A stretch of 63,097 nucleotides of DNA, filler included, from Pirum gemmata (taxonomy: Eukaryota): NCBI GenBank assembly GCA_002812295.1. It is 28 parts of 28 records of this genome, joined end to end, with 100 filler letters (N's around TTAATTAATTAA, not from the genome) between each part and the next. Parts side by side here need not be neighbours in the genome. Positions count along the whole stretch, not along the records: positions 24,890 to 26,831 come from PDIN01009627.1; positions 26,932 to 29,814 come from PDIN01009628.1; positions 29,915 to 31,897 come from PDIN01009629.1; positions 31,998 to 33,979 come from PDIN01009630.1; positions 34,080 to 37,917 come from PDIN01009631.1; 23 more parts are not named here. One strand, 5' to 3'. Positions 25,073 through 37,019 of this stretch are shown here, piece after piece. Position 1 is the stretch's first letter. Each line of letters begins with the position of its first letter. The notes beneath the pieces were generated by a model that did not search any database, was not told the origin of the DNA, and saw only the letters and a list, made by a program, of their open reading frames with translations. The position numbers and the translations under genes were made by a program.

Positions 25073-26788
25073 ATGAAAGGTTTTTCTTTATTTTTTTCAT
25101 GTTGTATTTTTGCTGTACTCCAACAACCCCAGTCAATTTCTGGAGCCATAGTTCCACCCACCCCAATTACAAACGCAAAGTTAGCTTTAGACAAGAAAAT
25201 ACGTACGCGCTTGGAAGCAGACAGATTTACTATTAATCAACCATGGGTTGTAAATCCTGAGAATTTAGATTCTTTTCAAAAATTGAGAATGGACAGTAGA
25301 GCTTTATTTTTCGCTAAGAAAATACAACAACAATATAGTGAAGGTGTTGCAGAATTTCAATACTCTTTACTGCCTTGGAAAATTATCACTAAAATGGAAT
25401 TATTGGCTACAGTTTATCAGGATTATAATATATGTTATTCTCAATTTATAAGACATAGAAATCAAGGCCGTAACGAGTTACACGAATGCTTAATGACTAT
25501 GTATTCTTACGTTCAAAGTTATGTGATTAATCCCCTGGCTTCAAATTCTCTTTCGTTGAAATATAATATTCATGACAGTACTAAGAAGGTATCCTATCAA
25601 TATTTCAATGAAATTGCAAGTCAAAATGAATTAGAAACACGTCAGCAAAATTGGGATCATTTAGCAAGTTTGGTTAATGAAGCTGGAGTGGAGTATTATA
25701 TTAAAAAATATCCTGGAAAGTTTTTTAAAACTGAAGAAGATTATATGCGTAGTTGCACCCAAAAAAAAAGTTGTGGAGTATTTGGCTCCAAACCAATTAT
25801 TCTTGAAAGTTTTGCCTTTGATGGTACTGCTGAAGCGCCTATAAAATGGTTTGCAAACGATAAAAGTAATGGAATGCATGCGTTGCAGTTTATTTTCGAT
25901 TTTATTAATTTACAAACTGAACAAGGAAATATGTTTTTATTAGACAGTCAAAGTCACATAAACATTAATAAAATAAGACAATACATTCAATACTTACAAC
26001 CATGGTTACATACAGCAGAATTGGAGATAGAAATCACACCAGCCATTGTTGATATGGATAGAGAATATATTGAACAAATAAAAACAAATTTTTTGGTACC
26101 ACTGCGTGTTTATATAAAAGTTCTGGAACAACACGAATCAGCCCAATATTTTGTGGAAGGCGAAATTTTGGTTTTTAATAATAACCATCCTGAACTTGCT
26201 TTTTTCGAAAATGAACTTGAAAGTATAATTGCTACTTGTAAAACCGCAGTACTCAATGCTCTAAGTAATCCTCTTACATACGATACTGAAAGCCTTCGAG
26301 GGGTAAACGTTGCAGAATTCTCATATAGTTGGCCACGTTTGTTACTATCATCTATTACCAGTTTGACTAATGGGAGTACTAATCGTTATACGCATGAAAA
26401 AACTGATACATTAATCCATACTTTTCTTTACGAAGCCCAGGTGCTAATGCAGACAACCTTAACTGCAATTAAACCATTAAACGATCAACGCTTAGCTGGA
26501 ATTGTAAAAAATTTTGTAAAACATTACATGGAAGATGAAAACGCGATGACGAAATTGAAAAAAAAACTGGAAGAAGACGAATGTGCGATTTCTTTCGACA
26601 AGTTTAGTACTTTGTCTGATGTTTCCGTTACTGGTTGTGGTCACCTGTTTGAAACTAGTCATTTAAAGGATTTTTTTAAGACTCACCCTGAAAAAACTGA
26701 GTGTCCCGTATGTCGCCAAAGTTTACGTACAACATCCCCTAAAGGCTTTGTTAACGTGCAGGAAGTACTTGATGGTGTAAAAAAATAA
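25073..26788 (+). CDS. 571-aa intronless protein: predicted signal peptide, unknown helical region, C-terminal degenerate RING/U-box
   Basis: N-terminus MKGFSLFFSCCIFAVLQQPQSISG. C-terminus CAISFDKFSTLSDVSVTGCGHLFETSHLKDFF......CPVCRQSL. No internal TM helix seen. Confidence 0.8.
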   Translation: MKGFSLFFSCCIFAVLQQPQSISGAIVPPTPITNAKLALDKKIRTRLEADRFTINQPWVVNPENLDSFQKLRMDSRALFFAKKIQQQYSEGVAEFQYSLLPWKIITKMELLATVYQDYNICYSQFIRHRNQGRNELHECLMTMYSYVQSYVINPLASNSLSLKYNIHDSTKKVSYQYFNEIASQNELETRQQNWDHLASLVNEAGVEYYIKKYPGKFFKTEEDYMRSCTQKKSCGVFGSKPIILESFAFDGTAEAPIKWFANDKSNGMHALQFIFDFINLQTEQGNMFLLDSQSHININKIRQYIQYLQPWLHTAELEIEITPAIVDMDREYIEQIKTNFLVPLRVYIKVLEQHESAQYFVEGEILVFNNNHPELAFFENELESIIATCKTAVLNALSNPLTYDTESLRGVNVAEFSYSWPRLLLSSITSLTNGSTNRYTHEKTDTLIHTFLYEAQVLMQTTLTAIKPLNDQRLAGIVKNFVKHYMEDENAMTKLKKKLEEDECAISFDKFSTLSDVSVTGCGHLFETSHLKDFFKTHPEKTECPVCRQSLRTTSPKGFVNVQEVLDGVKK

Positions 26789-27495
26789 AAATTCAAGAGA
26801 AAAGCATAAAATTATTATTATTATTATTATTNNNNNNNNNNNNNNNNNNNNNNNNNNNNNNNNNNNNNNNNNNNNTTAATTAATTAANNNNNNNNNNNNN
26901 NNNNNNNNNNNNNNNNNNNNNNNNNNNNNNNGGGCTTTTCATCGTCATCCGTATTAGTCTTTTACTCGAGACCCCTTGTAATAACGTATGTTTTCAATTC
27001 ACTACCTACTCCAATATGTAAGGAGGATGGCGTACGGGTTGGTATTTTTTTTGGTTTTATGAAGTGCTAGATATAGTTAGGTATATTTAAAGAAGATAAT
27101 TTAACAAAAAAAAAAGCTATTGATCATTTTTGGAGTAAAAGTGTTGTGGCAGTTTTGTAATAACAAATTAGAAAAGCAAAAAAAAACAATAAAATAAATA
27201 AAATTAAATTTCAAGAAGAACATAATGACAAAGAATATTTTGAAGATATCTTTACTATTTTTTCTGAAATTAAAATAATAATAAAAGAAAAAAAAAATGA
27301 AAAACGTATGACGTAACAAGAGTTAATAAAGCTAAACATAATAATAACATTGATAAATGATTATGGTAACAGTAATAAGTACAGCAACAATGATGGTAAT
27401 GTTACCAATAAGAATAATTTATAATAATGAAATAGAATAATTTATAATAATGAAAATAAAGAATATATGGTAACATAAAAAAATCAAACTAAAAC

Positions 27496-27807
27496 CTTTG
27501 ATGCAACTCTGCTATTTTATTGTTTATGTCTTCTAATTGTTTAGTCATCTCCTCTGTATTCTAAGGAAAATTACATTATTAATGTATTAATGACAACGAC
27601 AGTAACAGCGATAAAAACAACTAACAATATCAACTGCATCAATAACATTATTGGATTATTTTAAAGAATCTTTTACATCTGTATATTAGCGATAACAAAC
27701 AAGTGATATTATATTAAGGGAAAGATGATGAACGGTAGAGGATAACTGGCATGATAAAAAATAATACCAATGTCTTATAAATATAGTGTACTAAGGGTAA
27801 TNNNNAA

Positions 27808-27878
<71 letters not shown>

Positions 27879-28181
27879 ATTAAATAAATAAATAAACTAA
27901 ACAGCCAAACAACTTAACAACTATAACAACTAAACAACTAAACAACTCATAACCCAACTAATTATAATTATAAACAACTAAACAACTAGTATTGTTATAA
28001 ACAACTAAACAAGTAAACAACGTTAACTAAACAACTAAAGAACTAAACAACTAAACAACTAAACTAAACAACTAAACAACTAATTATAAACTAAACAACT
28101 AAACTAAACAACTAACTATTAACTAAACAACTAAATTTTTGTTTAAAGTGAATAGATTTTTACCTGAATCATCTTTACCAT
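27496..28181 (-). CDS. Possible first two exons of a coiled-coil protein
   Basis: MVKMIQ followed by a GT donor near 28164, then CCTTAG/NTEEMTKQLEDINNKIAELHQ/GT at about 27496-27560. Confidence 0.3.
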
Positions 28182-28869
28182 TTTTTGAGTGTAGATTGAT
28201 ACAATAGAAAATATAAACAAAGTGAAAATGTAATAATAAAAAAAAAACAAACTAACAAATAATTATCTTCATCAATAATATCATCATAGTATTATCATAG
28301 TCTATCATAGTTATCATCATGGCCATCACCACTATTGTCATACTCATTTTCTTTTAACTAGACCCAGGGGTCTACTGATATAGGTCAAAAATCCAAAAAA
28401 TCTCAAAATTATCCAAATTTTAATAAAAGTACTACCAAAATTTGGGAAATCGTCTAAAATTAAGAAAACTCGATTATGAACCAATGTCAAGTTTATTTTT
28501 AATTTGGCTGCTAGTTAGCATTATAATTAAAAAAAGGTTTTTAGAAAAGAAGTTGGTAATTTGAATTTTAAAATTGGGGGTTTTAAATATAAATAGGTAA
28601 ATTATTATGGTCTGTAAATATGATAAATATCAATTTTTATCAAATTGTATCCGTGTACTAATAATAATAATTTGGTAAGTTCCACTTACATTCAGAAAAG
28701 CTCCATTGAAAAATGAGGAAAAATCATGAGCCCTGGCTCTCTAGAAGCAGGAGCGTAGATAAAAGGCGGAAAAGGGTCTACATAGGCTTCTACCAAATGA
28801 CGATTGTACACAATAAAAACCAGCTATTATGAATTTATGATTATATAAATCTGTATTAGGAATTTCAGT

Positions 28870-29625
28870 TTTGTATCTGGAGAACTTATAATGGTGTATT
28901 ATGGCTCTAGAATGCTCGTTGAACGTTGAACGTAACTAAATTGAACATTCAAGTATCGCCAAGTTCAAATCGAACATCAACAAATAATGCAGTAAGATAA
29001 GTGTAACCTCGCCCAACCACATATACACCCTATACCTTCATATATGCGTGCCAAACGATCAATAATGTGAATGTACTCGATAAAAACCAACAGCATAACT
29101 GATACTGAAATCTTTATTGGAAAGTTTAGCCTTGGATCTGGAGCACTTGGAATGGCAGAATGCCCGTCAAATTTACTAAATAGAACATTCAAGTATCACT
29201 AGGTTCAACAAATAAGGTACTAAGATTAAGAGTAACCTCGCCCAGCCACACATATGCGTATTAAATGATCAATAATGCCAGAATGTACCCAATAAAATCA
29301 ACAGCATTGCAGATACTGAAATTAATACTAATAATTGTAATTTTACTTTTGGATCCGGAGTACTTGGATAATGAAATATGGCTATAGAATGTCCTGTTGA
29401 AGTTTTTAAATTGGACATTCAATCATTACTAAGTTTAGATCAAATGACAACTAGGGTAGTAAGATTAGAGTAACCTCACCCAAACACACACTCACTGCAT
29501 ACATTAACAAATTTAAATGTATATATATCATCAATAATGAGAAGGTACCTAATAAAAACCCATAGCAGCAGTATTAAGGATTGTAGATTTGGATCCGAGA
29601 CACTTTTATGCTGAAATATGATTAA
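28870..29625. repeat. Diverged tandem repeat, unit about 220-260 bp, 3-4 copies
   Basis: Anchors GAACATTCAA at about 28943, 29183 and 29413; GTAACCTC at about 29003, 29232 and 29470; GGATC.GGAG.ACTT at about 29134, 29351 and 29591. Confidence 0.75.
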
Positions 29626-30429
29626 AGAATACCGGTGTAAGAACAGCCATTAAGTATCTAAATCAAGGTCATATGTCTGGTATAATTCTTTTGTGGTCAC
29701 ACCTCTGATTTCAGCTGGTACATCCACAAACAAACAAAACAAAACAAAACAAAACAAATAAAATAAAGCAAGTAAATAAGTAAATAAAATAAATAAATAA
29801 CAATAATAATAATANNNNNNNNNNNNNNNNNNNNNNNNNNNNNNNNNNNNNNNNNNNNTTAATTAATTAANNNNNNNNNNNNNNNNNNNNNNNNNNNNNN
29901 NNNNNNNNNNNNNNCTTTAGTCTTGCTTTTCCCTGTCACGTGATAGACTACTATTATTTCATGGAGAGAACGTTTACAAATGCTACACAGACGAGTCACC
30001 AGTAGTGTGACTAGTGTCACTTCACCAGCTGTGGCCTTTTTTTTTTTTTTTTATCATAGACTAGAGTCACTAGACTAGACCAGACCTATCATAGTCTCTA
30101 TGAAAAAAAAAAAAATTACTAGACCAGTCACGACTCACGACTCACCAGTCTATCGTGATTATAGCTAGCCAGCTAGCTAGCTACAGAAATAATTTGTAAA
30201 AATATCTAGATAGTCTAGATTTACTTTTTTCTGCTTTAGTTTGGCTTTTTTTGGATTAAAACAACAATCTAGCAACAAAATATAAATGATGCTATGAAGA
30301 AAATTCATTAACAAAGTTTGCTTGTTTCAACCTCTAAATAGCTCTCTAAATTGAGAGCTAGTTTGGATTTAGGGGGTCTGGCAACTCTGGCTTGGACTCG
30401 GAATGATATATATCATATCCATAATATCA

Positions 30430-31060
30430 TATACCCTAGTAGTATAAAAGTATATTTATAATATATAGAAGGAAACCAGTAGAAAACCTCAAAGCAAAAA
30501 CATTTTTTTAATGAAAACAACCTCAACAACCTTTGGAATCTAGAACAAAAAGAATGGTAAAAGATAATCACAAACAGAAGAATCAATACAAAAAAACAAA
30601 CATTTTTTTTTTGGATATTGATTATTAACCCAAAGAAAACCAACAAGACAATGGACATCGAAGAAACAACCTTTTCAAAGCTCTTTTTAATGTCAATATT
30701 GCTCCAAAGAATTTCCACCAGAAGACAAGCCAAAAAATTTTTAACACAGACAAACTTGCAAAACTAGAATAGAATGGCTATCCCGACAAATGCAACAACA
30801 TCCAACATCGACTATAGCGCTATAATAATATTATATTATTTGGAACAAAAGTTAAAAAACAATATTTCTACACTTAAAAGAACAATACAATTGCTAATCA
30901 TAGACTATATATTATTATGGTACTATTGAAAAGTACAATAAGTCAAAACCAAACAACAATCAAACTATTAACCTATCAAGTATTATGAATTTATGAAACA
31001 AATCAACAAATTTGAACTATAATTAACTATACACAATTGTAACTTTTATAACCTACTCTA
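30430..31060 (+). mobile_element. Degraded non-LTR retrotransposon (LINE-like) 3' region
   Basis: Homologous to 42840-43640 and 35975-36200 (minus). Strong A skew. Relic reading CQYCSKEFPPE...TCKTRIEW preceded by W..II.NRRI..K....W, which resembles the zinc-binding region downstream of LINE RT. Many stops. Confidence 0.5.
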
Positions 31061-31548
31061 CCTTAGTTCCTGCCAAAACGACTTTTTGGTTTTTTGGTTT
31101 TTTTTTTTGGGAACTGACAAAGAGAAGTCAAAGAGACCAGTCTGAAAGAGACCTCTGAGTCTGAAATTCGGAGTCTGAATACTGTCTGAATCCACCGAAA
31201 AAAACTCCTAATATAGATAGTGTCTTCAAACGTAACAGACGAAACACATGCAGCAACATGCTATCAGGCTATTAAATGTCTGAGATATTTTAATTGGTTC
31301 ACATGTAAAGGGAAACAGGCTATCGATTATCGATAGTACTAGCTAGCCTAGTAGGGGGTCGAATTTCCGTCGAAACCACTTCGAAACCACTTCGAAACCC
31401 TAGCTAGCTAGTAGCTACAGACTATGAGTGTATGATACTATATATAGTAAACTAACTAGTCTACGGATTGGATAATTAATTTGTTTATCAACAAAAAAAA
31501 AAAAAAAAAAAAGAAAAATGTCAAATCCGAGGTTTTTTCGAGAAATTT

Positions 31549-31630
31549 CCCGACCGACCGGACCGACTAGTTTTCCTTCCCGAACCGACCGGACCGTTTA
31601 ATTTTTTTTTCCCGACCGACCGACCGACCA
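31549..31630. repeat. Three clusters of (CCGA)n
   Basis: CCCGACCGACC motifs separated by T-rich spacers. GC/CpG-rich island in an AT-rich background. Confidence 0.75.
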
Positions 31631-33427
31631 TTTTGCTATTTTTTTGGGTACTTTTCCAAATTCCCCATTTTCTGCTCATTTTTCATTCATTTTAACCATT
31701 TTCTGCTGAAGACTATTATTTTTTTTGCTTTTCACTCACTTTCTAGCTGTCTATCGTACTATAATGACACATATTATAATAATATAATACTATGATTCTG
31801 ATAAAAAAAAAAATCTTACAAATTGGTTTATTTTGAGGGGTCCACTACGTCAAATACAGCTTCAAATACCCCCCAACTACCTATCCCTCGACGATTANNN
31901 NNNNNNNNNNNNNNNNNNNNNNNNNNNNNNNNNNNNNNNNNTTAATTAATTAANNNNNNNNNNNNNNNNNNNNNNNNNNNNNNNNNNNNNNNNNNNNTAA
32001 TAATAATAATAATATAATTAAACATTATGCAACTCATAATATTATGTTTATCATAGCAAAAACAAAAAATGATGTATTATTAGTCTATAGATATTATTAT
32101 CATAATATAAATTACCATAATATCTGCTTTGTTTTTTATTTATAAATAAATAAATAAATATGATAATATATATAAAAAACACCAGCTAGGAAGAAAAACA
32201 TGCTATATTAGTCTGTAGATATTGGTATCATAATATACAGTACCAATGGTAGTCTAGGGTACTTATAAATAATGCTAAATGTGTTTGATTGATCATGTGA
32301 ATTAACACTGGCCTTTCATTAGATGAAGCCCCAACGTATTCTTTTATATATTGGTTATTACATAATTTTTCCCTTTTTTTTTTTTTTTTTTTTTTTTTCC
32401 GTTGACTACTTAGTACTTACTATAAGTCTTACAAGTTACTATATTAGGACTTCTCCAAATTTTCATTCTATATTTAGGAATACTGTAAACAAATAATATC
32501 TGCTTTATTATTTATATAAAAAATTTTTTTTTTTTTTTTTTTTAATTTGGTAGTAATTAAATTAAAATTGGATCATTTTGATATTTTGGAGTTGAGTTTA
32601 TATGGCGGAAACTTGGCGGAATTCGTCATTTTTATCCGACTTGGTAGTTAAAAAAAAAAAAAAAAACTCTTGAAATTGTAAATAAGAGAGATTTGCTTGG
32701 ACGATATTTTTTCTTGTCCAGATTTGTAAACTACCAAGTAATTTGAAGGTATTTTATTCGTTAAAAATGATAATTATTCTTTGTTATTTTGACAAAATAT
32801 GAATGGTGTATCTAAAAAGCATCCAGTTAAAACAGGTAAAAAATAGTTCAAAATTATGTCTATTTTTTTTACAAATTTTCCACTAATCATCTATGATAGT
32901 TTTTTTTTTTTGTCTTTAGAAAGTGGGAGACAGAACTAGCTCGAGTCACTACTAGAGCTACTAGTAGTAGTTAAGGGAACTTATTTAATTAATGCATAGT
33001 TTCGAAAGCTCGATTTTTAAACAAAGCAGAATTGGGAAAAGCCTATTGAGTTAATTTGAGTATCCACTTTATGAGAAATAAGAAGCAAAAATTTTAACCC
33101 GTAAAAGCCGCAGGTTAATTGACCATTAATGAGATTAAAATAAATGTTATAAATTAACATGGAAAACATATTAGTGGAATAATTATTGAAAAAGGCTCAA
33201 GTGGTTCATTTTCTATAAGTAATCATTACTGCGAAAGTTTATTTATAAAAAAATAATGAAGTTGACTTGCGTGGTGGAAAAATGGTTGGTGGGGAAAAGG
33301 TAATTTACATGCTACAAATAGCAAAAAAAAATATATTTTCATCAAATTTAGTAATATTCCCTCCTTTTTTAACTTTTTTCAAAAAAAAAATATTTTCATC
33401 AAACTTAGTAATATTCCCTCCTTTTTT

Positions 33428-33462
<35 letters not shown>

Positions 33463-33906
33463 AACCTTTCAAATTTGAATTTGAAAGAAGAAAATTTTTT
33501 TTAATAATACAATATTATTATATTATTATCCAGGGTCCTCTTGTTATATCGATAATATTTTTAAATGAATAAGTAGATATCAAATTAAATGAAATGGATT
33601 TATATTGTGTTAATTTGGTACTCTTTATTGTATATTTCATGATGACAAAACAAACTGAAAAGGACAATATTATTATCCTAAGACAAAGCTAAAAAGGTGA
33701 CATTACGTACACTCTCCCAGTTTTAAAACATTAAAAAAATTAAAAAATAATTATTATAATATTATCTGATACAAGAACTTCAAAAAGTCCTTGCCTGATA
33801 ATATTAAAATTATTTTTAAAAAAATAACTATTATAACAATAATTATTATTAATTTTATTAGTAGACTTTGTTCGTTTTTCGATTGGTAGAATCCGTCCAA
33901 TCAACC

Positions 33907-33939
<33 letters not shown>

Positions 33940-34079
33940 GAGAATAATAATAATAATAATTGTAATAATAATAGTAACANNNNNNNNNNNNNNNNNNNNN
34001 NNNNNNNNNNNNNNNNNNNNNNNTTAATTAATTAANNNNNNNNNNNNNNNNNNNNNNNNNNNNNNNNNNNNNNNNNNNN

Positions 34080-34149
34080 AACGCTTTTAAGACAACTAGC
34101 AGTCTTACTTAATCCTTAAATAAGACTGCCAGTTGTCTTAAAAGCGTTT
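34080..34149. repeat. Near-perfect 70-bp hairpin
   Basis: AACGCTTTTAAGACAACTAGCAGTCTTA ... TAAGACTGCCAGTTGTCTTAAAAGCGTT. One arm recurs at about 22877-22908. Confidence 0.85.
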
Positions 34150-34275
34150 ATATATATTATATATAGTCTGGTTTACTTAGCTTTACAACATTTAAAATCA
34201 CTTCTATTGAACAAGTTGTTATACATATCTTTAAATGAAACTCCTCTTAATTTACTTTTTTCTTTTTTTTTTCAG

Positions 34276-35891
34276 AGTTAAATTGGGATATTGATTTTGA
34301 AATAGAGGAATCTAATTTTGGTTCGGAAGATTCTGTTTCAGAAATATCAAGTCATGAAAATAGTGAATCTGAAAAAGATAATACTGATAATAGTGAATCA
34401 GACAAAGAATCAGACAAAGATTCACAAAGTAAGATTAGTTTTACCATGGATGATTCAATATTTGATGAATTCAGTAAAAGTTTAAGTAAAAGTTCAGAAT
34501 TTCAAACACAGCAATTTAAAAAACCCACAGACATAGAACAACAAAAACGAGAAAGTACACCTCAAAGTTTAAACGTTGAAATACAAGTATCAAGCACGGA
34601 AGAAATAAAAACACAAGAGACAAAAACGAAAAAAACAGAAGAAATAGAAATAGAGATGAAAGTAACAAAAACCAACAAAATCGAAACACAAACAAAAGAG
34701 CAACACATAAATTCAGGGGAAAAAGAAACCAACACAACTAAAGAAGATGCAGGCGATTTTCTAAGTGCTTTGTTAAATGATTACACTGTAGAAGAAGAAA
34801 AGATAAATAAAAAAAGCCGACTTTCCGTTTCGTGTAATACCCCTTTACCCGAATCACAACAACCCACACAAGAACAAGAACAAGAACAAGAACAAGAACA
34901 AGAACAAGGAAATGCCAAAAAGCTTTCATTTGTTGACATCACTACCCTTCCAACCACAGAAAAAGAAAACTTTGAGTATCAAAATCACGAAATCGAAGAA
35001 GAGCGTTATGAGATTTTAACTGATAAAGATTTCTTAGATCAATATGTTTATGGTAAAGGCTTGAGTACGCCGAGACCAGTTACTCGCAGTGTTAGTGACG
35101 TAGCTCCAAGCACACAACCCCTTTCATTCCAAAGAGCTCAAAGGTGTCAAGATAGAAGGGACAGAAGAAGTAAAATGTTAGAAACGGCCATTTCTGAGGG
35201 AAATAGAATTGAAAACTTGTCTGGAACACAAGATTCTTTTCAAAGACGTAGAATAAAAAGAAGCACCTCCACAAAAGAAATAGTAAGTGATTTTAAAAGA
35301 CAAAAAGGATGGATGAAAGTTGCAGATGAAAAAGAAAGAATCAAACAACACGAAGAGAAAGAAGAAAAATTCAAATCATACTTACAATCTCTGGATAAAA
35401 ACAACTCTTATTCTGTTTTAAATTTAGAATCAGAAACAAGAATCCTTCCCTCAATAACAAAAAACAGACCAAAAAGGCATGTTAGACCTCCAACCAGACC
35501 CACACGAGTGAGAGATGATATCACAGAAAAGAAAATCATAAACAAGGCCCAGTCAGAACCAACTTTGCCAACACCTTACATTGACGCTCGTCCAGAATTA
35601 TTAGGGTCAAACTTAGGCTTGGGACGAAGGGAACCAAGATCCAAAACAATGGATAATTCCACCTGTAAAAGAAACAGATCACCTACTAGAATTGTTATTA
35701 AAAGAAATTTATCTAATGTTGGTAGTAAGGCTGCGGATGCTGTAGCTGAAGTCAAAGACAAGTCAGCCAAACTTAAAAAGAGAAAATTTAAAAAGAACAA
35801 AAACAAAAACGATGCTTTCCTTTGCCTTGAAGGTCAAGGTGGTGCTGTTACTCCTTTAAAAAAGAAGGTTAAAACTGTTGAAATTAAATAA
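34276..35891 (+). CDS. Large terminal exon of a charged, disordered protein with a candidate capping-protein-interaction motif
   Basis: Polypyrimidine-CAG acceptor at 34275 is in frame with the 481-aa ORF. Motif LPSITKNRPKRHVRPPTR. Confidence 0.75.
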
Positions 35892-35896
35892 ATAAA

Positions 35897-35929
<33 letters not shown>

Positions 35930-35974
35930 NNNNNNNNNNNNNNNNNNNAAAAAAAAAAAAAAAAAAAGTTTTTT

Positions 35975-36200
35975 GATGTGTGATAGCTATTCTAGTTTTG
36001 TAAGTTTGTCTGTGTTCAAAAATTTCTGGTTTGTCGTTGGAATTCTTTGGAGCAGTATTGAAATTGAGAAGGTTGTCTTGTTGGAGTCTTGTAGGTATCC
36101 CTCTCAAACTCAAAATAACTTCCGACTATCCGAATCTTCTAAAGCTTTCGAACCTTTGATAAAAAACAAAACAAAACCAAAAAAAATGGATTTCTAACAT
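35975..36200 (-). mobile_element. LINE-like relic copy
   Basis: Reverse complement aligns with about 30690-30785 (CAATACTGCTCCAAAGAATT...AACACAGACAAACTT.CAAAACTAGAATAG). Confidence 0.55.
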
Positions 36201-36225
36201 TCTATTACCATTCTGTTCATATATA

Positions 36226-36332
36226 GTGCTTTTCATTTATTTTGTCACTCCGAATATTTATTTGGTTGTTTATAATATTTAAATTGATACTTTTATTGTA
36301 TATTTTATGACGGCAAAACAACTGAAAAGCAC
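36226..36332. mobile_element. MITE family B, internally deleted copy with TA TSD
   Basis: TA-GTGCTTTTCA...TGAAAAGCAC-TA. Confidence 0.8.
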
Positions 36333-36626
36333 TATAGATTTATACTAGTATCATAGATTTATATAGTTATATAATCTATATAATAATATTCTATATCTTA
36401 GTATTCTATGATAACTTCAACTTCTAACTGGACTTTGAAACTAATCTAAACTTAGAAAGCAGAGCATAGGGTGTTAGAGATTTGGAGTTTGGCCAATGGA
36501 TATTCGAATGAGCTAGTTTTTTTCAAACATAATAAAAACTATTGGTAAATTCTTACTTTTCCTTTATGGACCTTTTCTTGAAGAAAACCAATCAAAAAGT
36601 TTTTTTCAAAAAAAAAAAAAAAAAAA

Positions 36627-36668
<42 letters not shown>

Positions 36669-36911
36669 GCCTAAATAAAAGTAAAATACAACCATACAAT
36701 TTTCAATAAATAGATAATAAATTATACCAAATTAAATTAAATGTATTGATATTGTATTAATTTGGTACTAATTATTGTTTATTTTTTGATGATAAAACAA
36801 TTGAAAAGTACTAGCTACTAGTAGCTACTAGTACTACTAGTAGTGGCTAGCTAGGCCACGGTAGCAGTGGTACCGGAGGTGGTACCAGGGTTTATAGCTA
36901 TGATAGCTATC

Positions 36912-37019
36912 AAAGTTCATTTTTAAAATAATTAATTACTGCCTAAAACAGTTTTTAAGTCACACTTTTGAGCAATGACTTCTATCAAAGAATAAGTGAC
37001 GTTCTTTATGAATGTTCCC
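36912..37019. mobile_element. MITE family A, partial copy
   Basis: Ends GTGACGTTCTTTATGAATGTTCCC. Confidence 0.75.

Noticed and set aside
25190..25225. KIRTRLE after the signal peptide as an RxLR/PEXEL translocation motif
   Set aside because: It does not match either consensus, and a single sequence cannot establish a new motif.
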